From positions 1-30,607 of the forward strand of contig JAYTHY010000075.1 in the NCBI GenBank assembly GCA_043732185.1: a stretch of 30,607 nt of DNA. The letters run 5' to 3'. The position numbers and the translations under genes are program-made. The stretch is from Fibrobacteria bacterium. Lineage in GTDB: Bacteria > Fibrobacterota > Fibrobacteria > UBA11236. A model generated the notes under the pieces. That model saw nothing but the letters and a program-made list of their open reading frames with translations. It was not told the DNA's origin and did not search any database. Shown here in pieces: positions 17,940 through 27,673 of the stretch; positions within the stretch are counted from its first letter, which is position 1; every line of letters begins with the position of its first letter.

Positions 17940-18568
17940 TTAAAATATTTCTCCGATTTTGCACTATGCTAGTGGCCATTTCCCTTTGGTCCTGCGTGCT
18001 TTTTCCCAGTGACTCGCCGAACTTGGGTGGCGGTTCAGATACAGAGACATTGACCGGCGTTATCACAACCGACAATCAAGTAGCGGCAGCGCGAATCCTG
18101 GTAAAATTATTACCTGCGAACTACAATCCCAGCCTGCCGGATTCCACGCGCATTCTAAAAACCTATACGGACAGCCTCGGCCATTTCAAATTTACCAAAC
18201 TGGACTCCAACGCCTTTTTCAATATCATTGCCGGTGTGCCCGCCGACCACAAATGGGTGTATGCCGAAAGTGTGCAAGTCAGTCACCGTGCCAATTCCTT
18301 GGCGCTCTCCATGTCCAAGGTGGTTCTCATATCCTTGGAATATGCAGGCTATGAAACCAGGGATTCCGGCTTGGCCTATTTTCCCGGCACCGATATTTTA
18401 ACCCGGTGCAATGGAGTATCCGCATCCCGCGTAGACTCGATTCCTTCCGGCGTGCATCATATCGTCGTGACCAGCCGGGCGGGTTGGACGCATGATAGCA
18501 CATTGGTTTCCCTAAAAGACACAACCCAAATTAAAGCCAACCGCAATGGCATAACGGTGGTCCCATGA
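17936..18568 (+). CDS. Hypothetical lipoprotein with beta-sandwich (carboxypeptidase-regulatory/prealbumin-like) domain
   Basis: Lipobox-like LWSC, then GGGSDTET; TDSLGHFKF motif; ATGA overlap with the upstream gene. Confidence 0.72.
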   Translation: MIKIFLRFCTMLVAISLWSCVLFPSDSPNLGGGSDTETLTGVITTDNQVAAARILVKLLPANYNPSLPDSTRILKTYTDSLGHFKFTKLDSNAFFNIIAGVPADHKWVYAESVQVSHRANSLALSMSKVVLISLEYAGYETRDSGLAYFPGTDILTRCNGVSASRVDSIPSGVHHIVVTSRAGWTHDSTLVSLKDTTQIKANRNGITVVP

Positions 18569-19491
18569 AGCGTCGAAAATTTATTGGTGTTGGAACTACT
18601 TTTCTGGCCGCCATGGCCGTACCCAAAGTATTGCGTTCACAGACATGTACGAATCTAACCGAAGAAGACCGTTATCTGGATGGTCCGTTTCATAAGCCCA
18701 ATGCCCCAGATCGGATCAACCTGGCTTCGGAATTTGAACCCGGTCAAAGGATTTGTATCAAGGGCATAGTGAGCCATTGCACGGGCCCGATGGAAGGGAT
18801 TAATTTGGATGTCTGGGGCGCCACCGCGTCGGGTTGTTACGAATCGTTTCTAGGTTGTCCAGATCTTCCGAATCATCCCGATGCATTCCGTTTGCGCGGC
18901 CAAATGCGTACCGATGTGGACGGAAAATACTCCTTTGAGACCATTCTACCTGGTGCCTACCTGAATGGCGCAAAATACCGGCCTCGGCATATTCATGTTA
19001 TCATTACCCTTCCCTATCAAATTCGTACCCCGCAATTAGGGGACTCGAACCGATTGGTCACGCAATTGTACTTTGCCGGGGACCCGTACATTGCCGGAGA
19101 TTATGCAGCGGATCATCCCAGCGCCGCCAATCGCATTATCCCGCTGGACATAACCACGCCCAGCCTCTGGCAAGGCACCTGGAACATTCTAATCCCCGAT
19201 GTGACTACAGGCCTTGGGCCGATTTCACAGCATCCCAGCCTTACGGAATTTGATGTGATCATGCAAAAACGTGGAGATATAATCCTTTTCCAGATTCCCT
19301 CCAATACTGACAACCAGCCTGTAGAACTAAGGCTATTCAGCGTTTCCGGGGAATTGTTAAAACGAGCGTTGCACTCCAAATCCCAGGTGGAATTGGTGCT
19401 GACGGGTTTAAGTCCCGGGGCCTATTTAGTGGAGTTGGGATGGTGGACCGGAAACGGATTCCACAAAGAATCCGTCCCGGTCAGAATCTAA
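18565..19491 (+). CDS. Intradiol ring-cleavage dioxygenase-family protein with Tat signal and C-terminal sorting (T9SS/CTD-like) domain
   Basis: Twin-arginine KRRKFI; motifs GPF, EPG..I.I.G.V, LDVW...G.Y, LRG..RTD.DG.Y.F.TI.PG.Y, RPRHIH, LVTQLYF; tail V.LRLFSVSGELL...L.PGAYLV. Confidence 0.88.
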   Translation: MKRRKFIGVGTTFLAAMAVPKVLRSQTCTNLTEEDRYLDGPFHKPNAPDRINLASEFEPGQRICIKGIVSHCTGPMEGINLDVWGATASGCYESFLGCPDLPNHPDAFRLRGQMRTDVDGKYSFETILPGAYLNGAKYRPRHIHVIITLPYQIRTPQLGDSNRLVTQLYFAGDPYIAGDYAADHPSAANRIIPLDITTPSLWQGTWNILIPDVTTGLGPISQHPSLTEFDVIMQKRGDIILFQIPSNTDNQPVELRLFSVSGELLKRALHSKSQVELVLTGLSPGAYLVELGWWTGNGFHKESVPVRI

Positions 19492-21219
19492 TTACTCGGT
19501 TTCGAGCTTAACGACATCCCCGATGGTGGTCGGGTTGTTCTTATGAGCGGCTAGATAGGTTTTCCATTCCCCATCTTCCTTGTTCTTGAAATAATCCACG
19601 ACGCTGAGCGTGAGCTTGCGCGCTGGACCATCCACCTCAATTACGGCGGCCGGAATCACGTCACCGACCTTGAAGGCATCGGCGGGACTACGGATGGCTT
19701 CCGTGGTCAGCTTGGAGGTTGGAATGAAGCCTTCAAGGCCCCCTTCCACTTCCACTATCACGCCGCGCTCAAGTAGGCGGGCAATCGTGGACTGAACTTC
19801 CTTACCGACTGGGAACATCTCGGCAACCTTTTCCCAAGGATCTTCTTCGGTATGCTTCATGGACAGGCTGATGCGACGTTTCTCTTTGTCGATGGCCAGA
19901 ACGATGCATTCCACCTTGTCGCCCTTTTTAAGGACTTCGGAGGGATGATTGATCTTCTTTGTCCAGGACATATCTGACACGTGGATGAGTCCGTCGACGC
20001 CTTCTTTGATTTCGATGAAGGCACCGAAAGCGGCCAAGTTGCGGATTTCGCCTTTGACCTTGGCTCCAAGGGGCAGTTCATCCTCGATATGTTCCCAGGG
20101 ATCTGGAGTAGCTTGTTTGAGACCGAGCGAGATTTTCTCATTTTCGGCATCGAGCTTGAGCACAACGGCTTCCACTTCATCACCTTGATTGAGAATCTGC
20201 GAGGGGTGTTTGACATGCTGGGTCCAGGACATTTCGGAAATATGGATAAGACCTTCCACACCCTGATCCAGCTCCACGAATACGCCGTAATCGGTGATGG
20301 AAACGACCTTGCCCTTGACCTTGGTACCCTCTGGGTATTTGGCGGCCACATCCTCCCAGGGATGTTTGGTCAGCTGTTTCATGCCTAAGGAAATACGTTC
20401 TTTCTTCTCGTTGAAATCGAGTACCACAACTTTGACCCGGTCGCCCAAAGCAACGACTTCGGAAGGATGGTTGACGCGGCCCCAAGACATATCGGTGATA
20501 TGCAGCAAGCCGTCTACGCCGCCGAGATCGATAAAGGCGCCGAAGTCGGTGATGTTCTTGACCACGCCTTCACGGACCTGACCCTTCTCAAGGGTGTCGA
20601 TAATTTCATCACGCATCTTCGAGCGCTCTTGTTCCAGCACCACGCGGCGGGAAACAACGATATTGCGGCGAATCTTATTGACCTTGATGACTTTGAAATC
20701 CATTTTCTGGTTGAGCAAAGCATCGAGATCAGGCACTTGGCGCAGGTCGATTTGCGAACCGGGCAAGAAGGCTTCGATGCCGAACAAGTCCACGACCACG
20801 CCACCTTTAATGCGGCGAGTGATGGTACCGGTGACGATTTCTTCTTTTTCAAAGGCTTCGCGGATGCGTTCCCAGACACGCATAAAGTCCGCGCGCTGCT
20901 TGGAAAGAATGATCTGACCATCGGCGTTTTCGACCTGTTCCAGGTAGACGTCGATGACTAGGCCGGGAGCCAAATTGGGCTCGTCCTTGAATTCCTGACG
21001 GGAAATAATGCCTTCGGATTTGAAATGGATGTCGACGAAAACATCCATGTCGGTAATCCGGACAATGGTTCCTTTGATGATGCTGCCCTCGGCATACCCG
21101 GTGAGGGTGCCTTCATACTGGGCAAGGGTCTCTTTCGAGACGTTGAACCCTTTGGACGCGGCTTCTTCGCCAAATTCCAAAAGATCGGCTTCTGTTCCAT
21201 ACAATAGTTTTGCAGACAT
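19492..21219 (-). CDS. rpsA: 30S ribosomal protein S1
   Basis: Six S1 repeats; motifs [49 protein letters not shown]. Confidence 0.98.
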   Translation of the reverse strand: MSAKLLYGTEADLLEFGEEAASKGFNVSKETLAQYEGTLTGYAEGSIIKGTIVRITDMDVFVDIHFKSEGIISRQEFKDEPNLAPGLVIDVYLEQVENADGQIILSKQRADFMRVWERIREAFEKEEIVTGTITRRIKGGVVVDLFGIEAFLPGSQIDLRQVPDLDALLNQKMDFKVIKVNKIRRNIVVSRRVVLEQERSKMRDEIIDTLEKGQVREGVVKNITDFGAFIDLGGVDGLLHITDMSWGRVNHPSEVVALGDRVKVVVLDFNEKKERISLGMKQLTKHPWEDVAAKYPEGTKVKGKVVSITDYGVFVELDQGVEGLIHISEMSWTQHVKHPSQILNQGDEVEAVVLKLDAENEKISLGLKQATPDPWEHIEDELPLGAKVKGEIRNLAAFGAFIEIKEGVDGLIHVSDMSWTKKINHPSEVLKKGDKVECIVLAIDKEKRRISLSMKHTEEDPWEKVAEMFPVGKEVQSTIARLLERGVIVEVEGGLEGFIPTSKLTTEAIRSPADAFKVGDVIPAAVIEVDGPARKLTLSVVDYFKNKEDGEWKTYLAAHKNNPTTIGDVVKLETE

Positions 21220-21287
21220 GGTTGGGTATTTCCTGGGCGAAAAAGGGTTAAGTCCCGGACCCCGGAACAGTGTTTTTTCGCCTGATT

Positions 21288-21965
21288 TTACGGAAGGTTT
21301 TTTAAAACCTGGGCCACAATGATAGCAACTTGCTTCTCAAACGTTAACCCGCTGGTGTCGATTTCCACGGCATCGGGTGCCATGACTAAGGGGCTATGGG
21401 TACGACCGGAATCCTTGCCATCGCGCTCCAAAAGGTTGCCGAGCACTTCGGCGTAATCGGATACCAAACCCAAGGATTGAAGTTCCATAACTCGCCGTTT
21501 GGCACGGATTTCCGGCGATGCGGACATAAAGAACTTGAAGCGGGCATCGGGGAAAACAACAGTGGCCATGTCCCGGCCCTCAACGACGGAAGAGCGCTGC
21601 ATGCCAAGGCGACGTTGGACGGGAACCAAGGCTTGCCGGACTTGGCTGATGCGCGCATAATCGGATACGCTGGCACTGACTTCGGGCGTGCGGATCACTT
21701 CGCTTAAATTTCGCCCATTTACTTTTAGCCCCCCGGCCGCATCCAGCTCCCAATTGAGATTGCCCAACAATTTGCCGAGGCCTTCCGTATCATAGGGCAA
21801 AACACCTTTTTCCTGGGCTAAAAAAGTAACGGCCCGGTACATAGCGCCCGTGTCTAAATGGCGCAATCCCAATTCTTTGGCAACGGTTCTAGCCGTACTG
21901 CTTTTTCCAGAGCCGCTAACGCCATCTAAGGCAATGATATAATGTCCGGGGGGAACTGATTCCAT
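21288..21965 (-). CDS. cmk: Cytidylate kinase
   Basis: Motifs IALDG.SGSGKSS, LDTGAMYRA, VEGRD..TVVFPDA, RD..DS.R..SPL; conserved cmk-rpsA order. Confidence 0.96.
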   Translation of the reverse strand: MESVPPGHYIIALDGVSGSGKSSTARTVAKELGLRHLDTGAMYRAVTFLAQEKGVLPYDTEGLGKLLGNLNWELDAAGGLKVNGRNLSEVIRTPEVSASVSDYARISQVRQALVPVQRRLGMQRSSVVEGRDMATVVFPDARFKFFMSASPEIRAKRRVMELQSLGLVSDYAEVLGNLLERDGKDSGRTHSPLVMAPDAVEIDTSGLTFEKQVAIIVAQVLKNLP

Positions 21966-22024
21966 GTTTGGGTGGGTTAAAAGCTAGGAAATTGCCTGAA
22001 AAGTGGCATTGGTTTAACCAAGGT

Positions 22025-22033
22025 TGATATAAT
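22025..22033 (+). promoter_or_regulatory. Candidate extended -10 promoter (TGnTATAAT) for the lipoprotein-C25 peptidase operon
   Basis: TGATATAAT ends 16 nt before ATG 22050; palindrome TTGGTT-T-AACCAA at 22009-22021 just upstream. Confidence 0.5.
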
Positions 22034-22049
22034 CCGTTGAAAACAAAGT

Positions 22050-22805
22050 ATGAATGCGCTTAGGGGTACAAGTTTACTTTTGGCTGGCCTCACAAGCCTT
22101 GGGATGAATTGTTCAGAACACAATCGACCACCATCACTTACCTCCATACACTTGAAGGATATTCACCTAGAAATTTTGGACCCTTCGGCCGGTTCACCTG
22201 GAGTGTCCATCGCATGGTCTCCGCCAGCTGACGGCAAAGTTTCCTATTACGATATCTACCAAAGTTTTAAAATGGACTCACTAGGCAATTCGATTTTAAC
22301 CGTTCCAGCGACAGACACACCTTCAGCCTTACTCTCTCTACCAGATTCTTCTTTGCCGCAAACCTTATATTTTGCTGTGCGCTCCATTTGGGTTGAAGCT
22401 ACGGGACAGAAACTGATCAGCGACACTCTTGTCGTCGACTCAATAACGATTCTCCCATCGCTTTCCATACTCGCCCCAAAAAACGGGAGCCTACAAACAG
22501 GACGTATGCTACAAATGGAACTGGAAACCGCCAGCAATTTTGGCATCACACTCTCCATGTCTTTCTATGAACGATTAGCCACTAAATGGCTTCTCAAACA
22601 AAAGTCCTGTCTGCCTGCCACGCAATGTGACGTTCCGATTTTTGGGCCGTCCTTCGTTCGTGATTCCACCGTGTTGGACGATGTTTTACCGGGCGACACA
22701 GTGAGTGCGCTGTTATGCGTGATTGGCACCGAGAGTTTTGAAGGACACCGTACTGGACTTATCCAATCACAAGGCTGTTCGCGGTTTCAACAGGTGGCGC
22801 CATGA
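22050..22805 (+). CDS. Hypothetical lipoprotein, FN3/Ig-like
   Basis: Lipobox-like LGMNC; FN3-like pattern VSIAWSPP...YYDIY...YFAVRS; ATGA overlap with the next gene. Confidence 0.68.
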   Translation: MNALRGTSLLLAGLTSLGMNCSEHNRPPSLTSIHLKDIHLEILDPSAGSPGVSIAWSPPADGKVSYYDIYQSFKMDSLGNSILTVPATDTPSALLSLPDSSLPQTLYFAVRSIWVEATGQKLISDTLVVDSITILPSLSILAPKNGSLQTGRMLQMELETASNFGITLSMSFYERLATKWLLKQKSCLPATQCDVPIFGPSFVRDSTVLDDVLPGDTVSALLCVIGTESFEGHRTGLIQSQGCSRFQQVAP

Positions 22806-25800
22806 TACTGTCCCCAATCTGTCCAAGGTTTGTTAATATCGGCCTTTTCTTGCTTGGAATTGCTCAGGGATGGATGCATGCGGATGTTCCAGAATGGACG
22901 GTAACTTCCTTTGATGGATCGGGTTTGAGGTTGGAATGGCACGGTCCGCCGCTTGGAAAATCTGAAAATCCCGGAGAATATTCCACCGCCATCGCCATCG
23001 CCCCAGGCACCCTTGCCAGCGCCACTTTGGTGACGCTAAACGGAAAGCCATCTAATTTAATCGGCGGCGTCACCGTATCACCCCCGTTACGATATCGAGA
23101 TGTACGCGTATGCGCAGTAACTTGGGATCCTCCGGTCGCTGCGGAAACCGGAGAATTGCCAAATAACGCAAGCTTTCGCATCGAATTCAAACCGACAACT
23201 ATGGAGCCGTATCGCAGTGCCTTTGCCCCGGCTGAAGAAACACCCGCCGAAATAGCCTTACGTACTTGGATAGTGAATTACGCACAATCCCGAACCCTGC
23301 GAAGCACGGCACTGGCGGGTTTAGGGAAATCGAGTGCCGCAGCGCCTTCGCTAAGCGCCAGCTTACCCAAAGAACGATTGGTGATCAAAACTACAGGCGC
23401 CCGCATTGAAGTTCTCGACTATGCGACTTTGCTCAAGTTCGGGGCTCCGTTGTCAAAAATCGACCCGCGGAAAATGCATCTGTATCAAAACGGTGCAGAG
23501 GTTCCCCTATATATCGAAGGTGAAAATGACGGTAGATGGAATCCAGGCGATTATTTGGAATTCATCGGAAAACGAGCGGAAGGCCAAAACTCCTTCAACT
23601 CTTTTTACACCACAACGGCCACGTTCATTTTAACATGGGAAGGAAATCGTCTGGGATTGCGCGCGCCGAATGTGCCTGTAGCCTCGCAAACCGGTGGCAT
23701 CATTCCCATTGCGATTCAATCGGAAAAACAGGCCAAGCCTTTCGCCGTGCACGAGCATCTGGAAGAAGATGTCGATATCCTTCGCATCGGCAGCACATCC
23801 GCTGAAGAAATCATCGATTTGGGATCTCGGGTACAAGAAACGGAATTGACGGATTTCTGGGTATGGAAAAGATTAGGGGTTGAAAAAGACGCGACCGAAC
23901 TCCCATTCAATTTGGATTTCGAACCGCTGAATCAAACGCCCGGTTCCGGAACTACCAGTTTACCTGGATCCGCAGGAAACCTGCAAGTTACTATAAACCT
24001 TAAAGGCATAACCAATAATTCCAAAGCCGACCCCGACCATCATCTTAAATTCATTCTAAACGGCACGGACATTTCCCTGGTGTCCGGCGTCAACCACGAC
24101 GCGATTTGGGAAGGCCAGGAATCCTACCAGTGGGTTTCCCCACCGTTAAACCCCTCCATCCTCAAAGCTGGAGCCAATGTTTTGGTAGTGCAAAAAGTCA
24201 ACGATCTGAAAACTATCGACGGTCAACTGGTGGACGTGCAGGATGCCTATATCAATTTTATCGAACTGAATTTTCCCGCCACGTACACGGCACACAACAA
24301 CCGAATACGGTTTTCCAATAATTTTCCCGATAGCATTGGAACCAAGCTTTTTACCCTGAGTGGTTTCACTTCCAATGCCATCAGCTTATGGGATATACAG
24401 GGCAGGAAGCTTTCAAATTTCCGGATCACGGGACAAGGCGGGGGTTATGAAGTCCGCTTTGTGGACAGCTTGGATGGACCAACTTCCTATTTGGCATGCG
24501 CCACTTCCGAACGGGATATACCCGAAGTTACCTATGATACGCTGCCGGATTTGCTGGCCCCAGCACAAGGTGCAGATTATATCGTCATCACGCAAAGCAA
24601 TTTACTGGGCTCGGCGCTTGACTCGTTGCTGGCCCACCGACGAAAGCAGGGGTTGCGCTGCGCCGTGGTTTTGGCCCGGCATATCTACCAAGCCTTTGGA
24701 GATGGCTCAATGGATCCGGCCGCTATACGCCGGTTTACCGCCTATGCCTATAACAACTGGCCGCGTCCCGCACCAACCTTTTTGAACTTGGTTGGCGATG
24801 CCAGCCTATGGTTTGAGAAACGCTCCGGAAGCTTGCAAATGACAACGGTTCCCACTCACCTGGTCAATATACGCGGCTGGGGTGTGGCGGCAAATGATGA
24901 CTACTTCGGTAAAGTGGCAGGTGAAGACGATGTGGCCGATCTTTTTGTCGGACGGATTCCCGTGTCCACCGTCGAGGATTTAGGCCGCGTGGTGCATAAG
25001 ACCATTTTATTAGAAACCGGCAGGCCGGAAGGTCATTGGCATAATAAAACCATGCTTATCGCCGGTTATGAATCCGGCTTTACGTCTCAAAACGCAGTCT
25101 TGCAAAACATAGCCGTCAATAATGATAGGCAGTTTTCCCGGCTCGATCTTTTTCCGGGTTCTCCCTATTATAGGGGCGCGAGCCAACGCGGAAACTTCTT
25201 TAGCCAATTAGACTCGGGCTTCAATCTTGTAAGCTTTGTCGGCCATGGTGGCGGGGCCGTTTGGTCCGATGCAGGTGTACTCACCTTGCAAGCTATCGAT
25301 CAGGGCCGATTGCAGGGAGAGTTTCCAATTCCTTTGATTGCATCCATTACCTGCCTCACGGGCTACTTTGAAGACGTCGCAGCCCGATCTCTTGGCGAAG
25401 AACTGTTACGGTTGGGAAAAGGTGGCGCAGCCAATTTTTATGGGGCTTCCGGCTACATTTCTACCGCAGCTGGTGAATTCCTATCGTCAGAAATAATGAA
25501 AGCGGCAACCGGTAATGGGTTCGGAACGACCGGTGCCATTGTAAATCAGGCCGAAACCATGGTGAAACTGCGCACCGGTGACGCCTACTTACCCGTCTTG
25601 GCCGAATTTAATTTGCTCGGCGACCCTGCCCTCCGATACTCCTTTCCTAGTAAAGGCGGAACCCTAACCCTCAATCCGCAGGTGCTGGCAGGTGGAACAG
25701 CGCTTAACGTCAAAGGCAGCGGTCTGGCCATGGAACAAGCGGATGGAGTGGCCACCGTATTGTTTGGAGATTCCAGCGAAAGCGCTACGCCAATTAATGT

Positions 25801-27637
25801 GTCCCAGAGCGCCTTCTCATTAAACCGACCTTTGGACGCAGCTATTCCCACCACCTCCAATGGTAAAGTTTTAGTCCATTACTGGAACGAAAAAAATTCG
25901 CGCGTGGTCTCGGCTCCATTTTCCACCTTGGATTGGTTGATCGATTCCCTACGCATAGAGCCCGCTGATGCGGCACCGGGTGATTCCATTACCGTGCATC
26001 TCAAACTCAATACGGCCTATGCCCAAGTCGTCTTTAATGCCGGCTTAGTGAGCTTTGTAATCGGTGGTGATAAGGCGCCACTCTTCCCTATTTCAAATCA
26101 AATAGGCCTACAATCCGTAGATGGAATGCATCTAGAATCCAGCAGTAAGCTGGTCCTGGAAGTACCCACGGTGGAATTGGGTCAGCCACAACTGTACTTG
26201 GCTTTCCGCATGAGTATCCAAGGTATGGATGATAAAGGACTGCCATTACAGGGAATCACAACTCTCAATTCCAAAACCTATTCGCGGCCTCTTTCTAATC
26301 TACCCAGTCTGGAACTTCCCTTACACGCCTTTCACCTACCTATACAAAATGACCTGGGAGTGTGGGTGACTATCCACAACAAGGGTTTAGGCACGGCAAG
26401 TGGATTCCAATTGGGCATGGCCCGAGATGGCAGCAGTGGTGCGCTAGTTCAAGATACTTTGACGTACACGGGCATGTTGAAAATTGGTGGGCTGGATTCG
26501 CTCTTTTTCCCCATGGCGGATAGCATGTTTCATGGAAAGCACCTCCACGCCTATTTGATAGGATCGCGCAAGGGTGAACTGGCGGTGGGAAGCACAACGC
26601 AAGATACCGTTTTTCAATTCACCACCAAAATTCTGGCATCATCTCTGGATACTTTACGGCTGGATACGTCCGGGGCTTTTCTGACCTTAAATTCCAATGT
26701 GTCCAACCGGCGAGTATTTGTGAACACCGTTTCCGTACCCAATCTCCCAGTACATTTAACACCTGCAACAGGAATTCTGCCTCTCCAAGCATTTTTAATT
26801 CAATCCCCAAATGGAATGGTTGGTGACTTTATAATTGGATCTGCGCCACAGGGTCCGGGTCTTCCAAAAATTTCTGGTGGTGACCATGCCTACTGGCATT
26901 ACAGCATAGCCCAAAAGCAACCTTGGCTGAAATTAGATACCACTATGGATGCAGGACCACCCTGGACGGCAAACGGATTTCAAAGCGGTTTGTATGCCTT
27001 GCTTTTGAACAGCGACAAAACAGGTCCAATCATCCAAATCAGTAGCCGAGGCCAAGTGGTTTTGCCGGATGACTATGTGCCCTTAAACACACCTATCAAT
27101 GTGACCATTCGCGATGGCCAAAGTATTGATTTGCTTTTACACCCGCCTATCATGACAAGCCGTGAGCAGATTTTGGATAGTGTAAATCTCATTCAAGAAT
27201 CCGGAAACGCCCTTCCCACTCTGGCCCGTATCAATTTTCTACCTAAGCGCAGTTCCGCCCTCGACTCGATTTTTGTGTTGGCCAAAGATGCGTCCGGTAA
27301 TGTATCCAGTCGAAGCCTGCTTTATAAATTAGGGGACAATTTGGCCATTCTTAATTTGGGAAGTTACCCCAACCCTTTTGCCGACACGGCGGTTTTCGTC
27401 TTTAGCCTAACCGATTATTGTGACAAAGTCGATCTCAAGATTTATTCCCGTGCCGGCCGTTTGGTGCGGTCGCTGCAAGTACGAAATGTTGTCGGCTACC
27501 AGGAAGTGGTCTGGGATGGCCAAGCGGAAAGGAAAAGGGAAATCGCCAACGGGCTATATTTCCTGAAGGTCACTGCCAAGGCAGACCAACGGGAAACCAC
27601 CCGCATATTTAAATTGTTCAAAAAACTCAGGAAATAA
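22802..27637 (+). CDS. Peptidase C25 (gingipain/PorU-like) protein with C-terminal FlgD-Ig/T9SS-type sorting domain
   Basis: PorU-like N-region (DPRKMHLY..G.EVP.YI.G..DG......YLEFIG); C25 core (ADYIVIT, IY..FG.G..DP.AIR.F, LVGDA, DDYF, VGRIP, FVGHG, SITC.TGYF, SLGEELL, NLLGDPAL); CTD SYPNPF...LKIYS.AGRLVR.L...WDG...ANGLYF. Confidence 0.9.
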   Translation: MILSPICPRFVNIGLFLLGIAQGWMHADVPEWTVTSFDGSGLRLEWHGPPLGKSENPGEYSTAIAIAPGTLASATLVTLNGKPSNLIGGVTVSPPLRYRDVRVCAVTWDPPVAAETGELPNNASFRIEFKPTTMEPYRSAFAPAEETPAEIALRTWIVNYAQSRTLRSTALAGLGKSSAAAPSLSASLPKERLVIKTTGARIEVLDYATLLKFGAPLSKIDPRKMHLYQNGAEVPLYIEGENDGRWNPGDYLEFIGKRAEGQNSFNSFYTTTATFILTWEGNRLGLRAPNVPVASQTGGIIPIAIQSEKQAKPFAVHEHLEEDVDILRIGSTSAEEIIDLGSRVQETELTDFWVWKRLGVEKDATELPFNLDFEPLNQTPGSGTTSLPGSAGNLQVTINLKGITNNSKADPDHHLKFILNGTDISLVSGVNHDAIWEGQESYQWVSPPLNPSILKAGANVLVVQKVNDLKTIDGQLVDVQDAYINFIELNFPATYTAHNNRIRFSNNFPDSIGTKLFTLSGFTSNAISLWDIQGRKLSNFRITGQGGGYEVRFVDSLDGPTSYLACATSERDIPEVTYDTLPDLLAPAQGADYIVITQSNLLGSALDSLLAHRRKQGLRCAVVLARHIYQAFGDGSMDPAAIRRFTAYAYNNWPRPAPTFLNLVGDASLWFEKRSGSLQMTTVPTHLVNIRGWGVAANDDYFGKVAGEDDVADLFVGRIPVSTVEDLGRVVHKTILLETGRPEGHWHNKTMLIAGYESGFTSQNAVLQNIAVNNDRQFSRLDLFPGSPYYRGASQRGNFFSQLDSGFNLVSFVGHGGGAVWSDAGVLTLQAIDQGRLQGEFPIPLIASITCLTGYFEDVAARSLGEELLRLGKGGAANFYGASGYISTAAGEFLSSEIMKAATGNGFGTTGAIVNQAETMVKLRTGDAYLPVLAEFNLLGDPALRYSFPSKGGTLTLNPQVLAGGTALNVKGSGLAMEQADGVATVLFGDSSESATPINVSQSAFSLNRPLDAAIPTTSNGKVLVHYWNEKNSRVVSAPFSTLDWLIDSLRIEPADAAPGDSITVHLKLNTAYAQVVFNAGLVSFVIGGDKAPLFPISNQIGLQSVDGMHLESSSKLVLEVPTVELGQPQLYLAFRMSIQGMDDKGLPLQGITTLNSKTYSRPLSNLPSLELPLHAFHLPIQNDLGVWVTIHNKGLGTASGFQLGMARDGSSGALVQDTLTYTGMLKIGGLDSLFFPMADSMFHGKHLHAYLIGSRKGELAVGSTTQDTVFQFTTKILASSLDTLRLDTSGAFLTLNSNVSNRRVFVNTVSVPNLPVHLTPATGILPLQAFLIQSPNGMVGDFIIGSAPQGPGLPKISGGDHAYWHYSIAQKQPWLKLDTTMDAGPPWTANGFQSGLYALLLNSDKTGPIIQISSRGQVVLPDDYVPLNTPINVTIRDGQSIDLLLHPPIMTSREQILDSVNLIQESGNALPTLARINFLPKRSSALDSIFVLAKDASGNVSSRSLLYKLGDNLAILNLGSYPNPFADTAVFVFSLTDYCDKVDLKIYSRAGRLVRSLQVRNVVGYQEVVWDGQAERKREIANGLYFLKVTAKADQRETTRIFKLFKKLRK

Positions 27638-27673
27638 GTCCTAAAAGTTTGTGTTGGAGTATCTTTTACGGAT

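Noticed and set aside
19610..21322. Many 60-164 aa alternative-frame and antisense ORFs over rpsA (similar ones over pyc, prc and the C25 gene)
   Set aside because: Shadows of codon-biased genes; no recognisable motifs.
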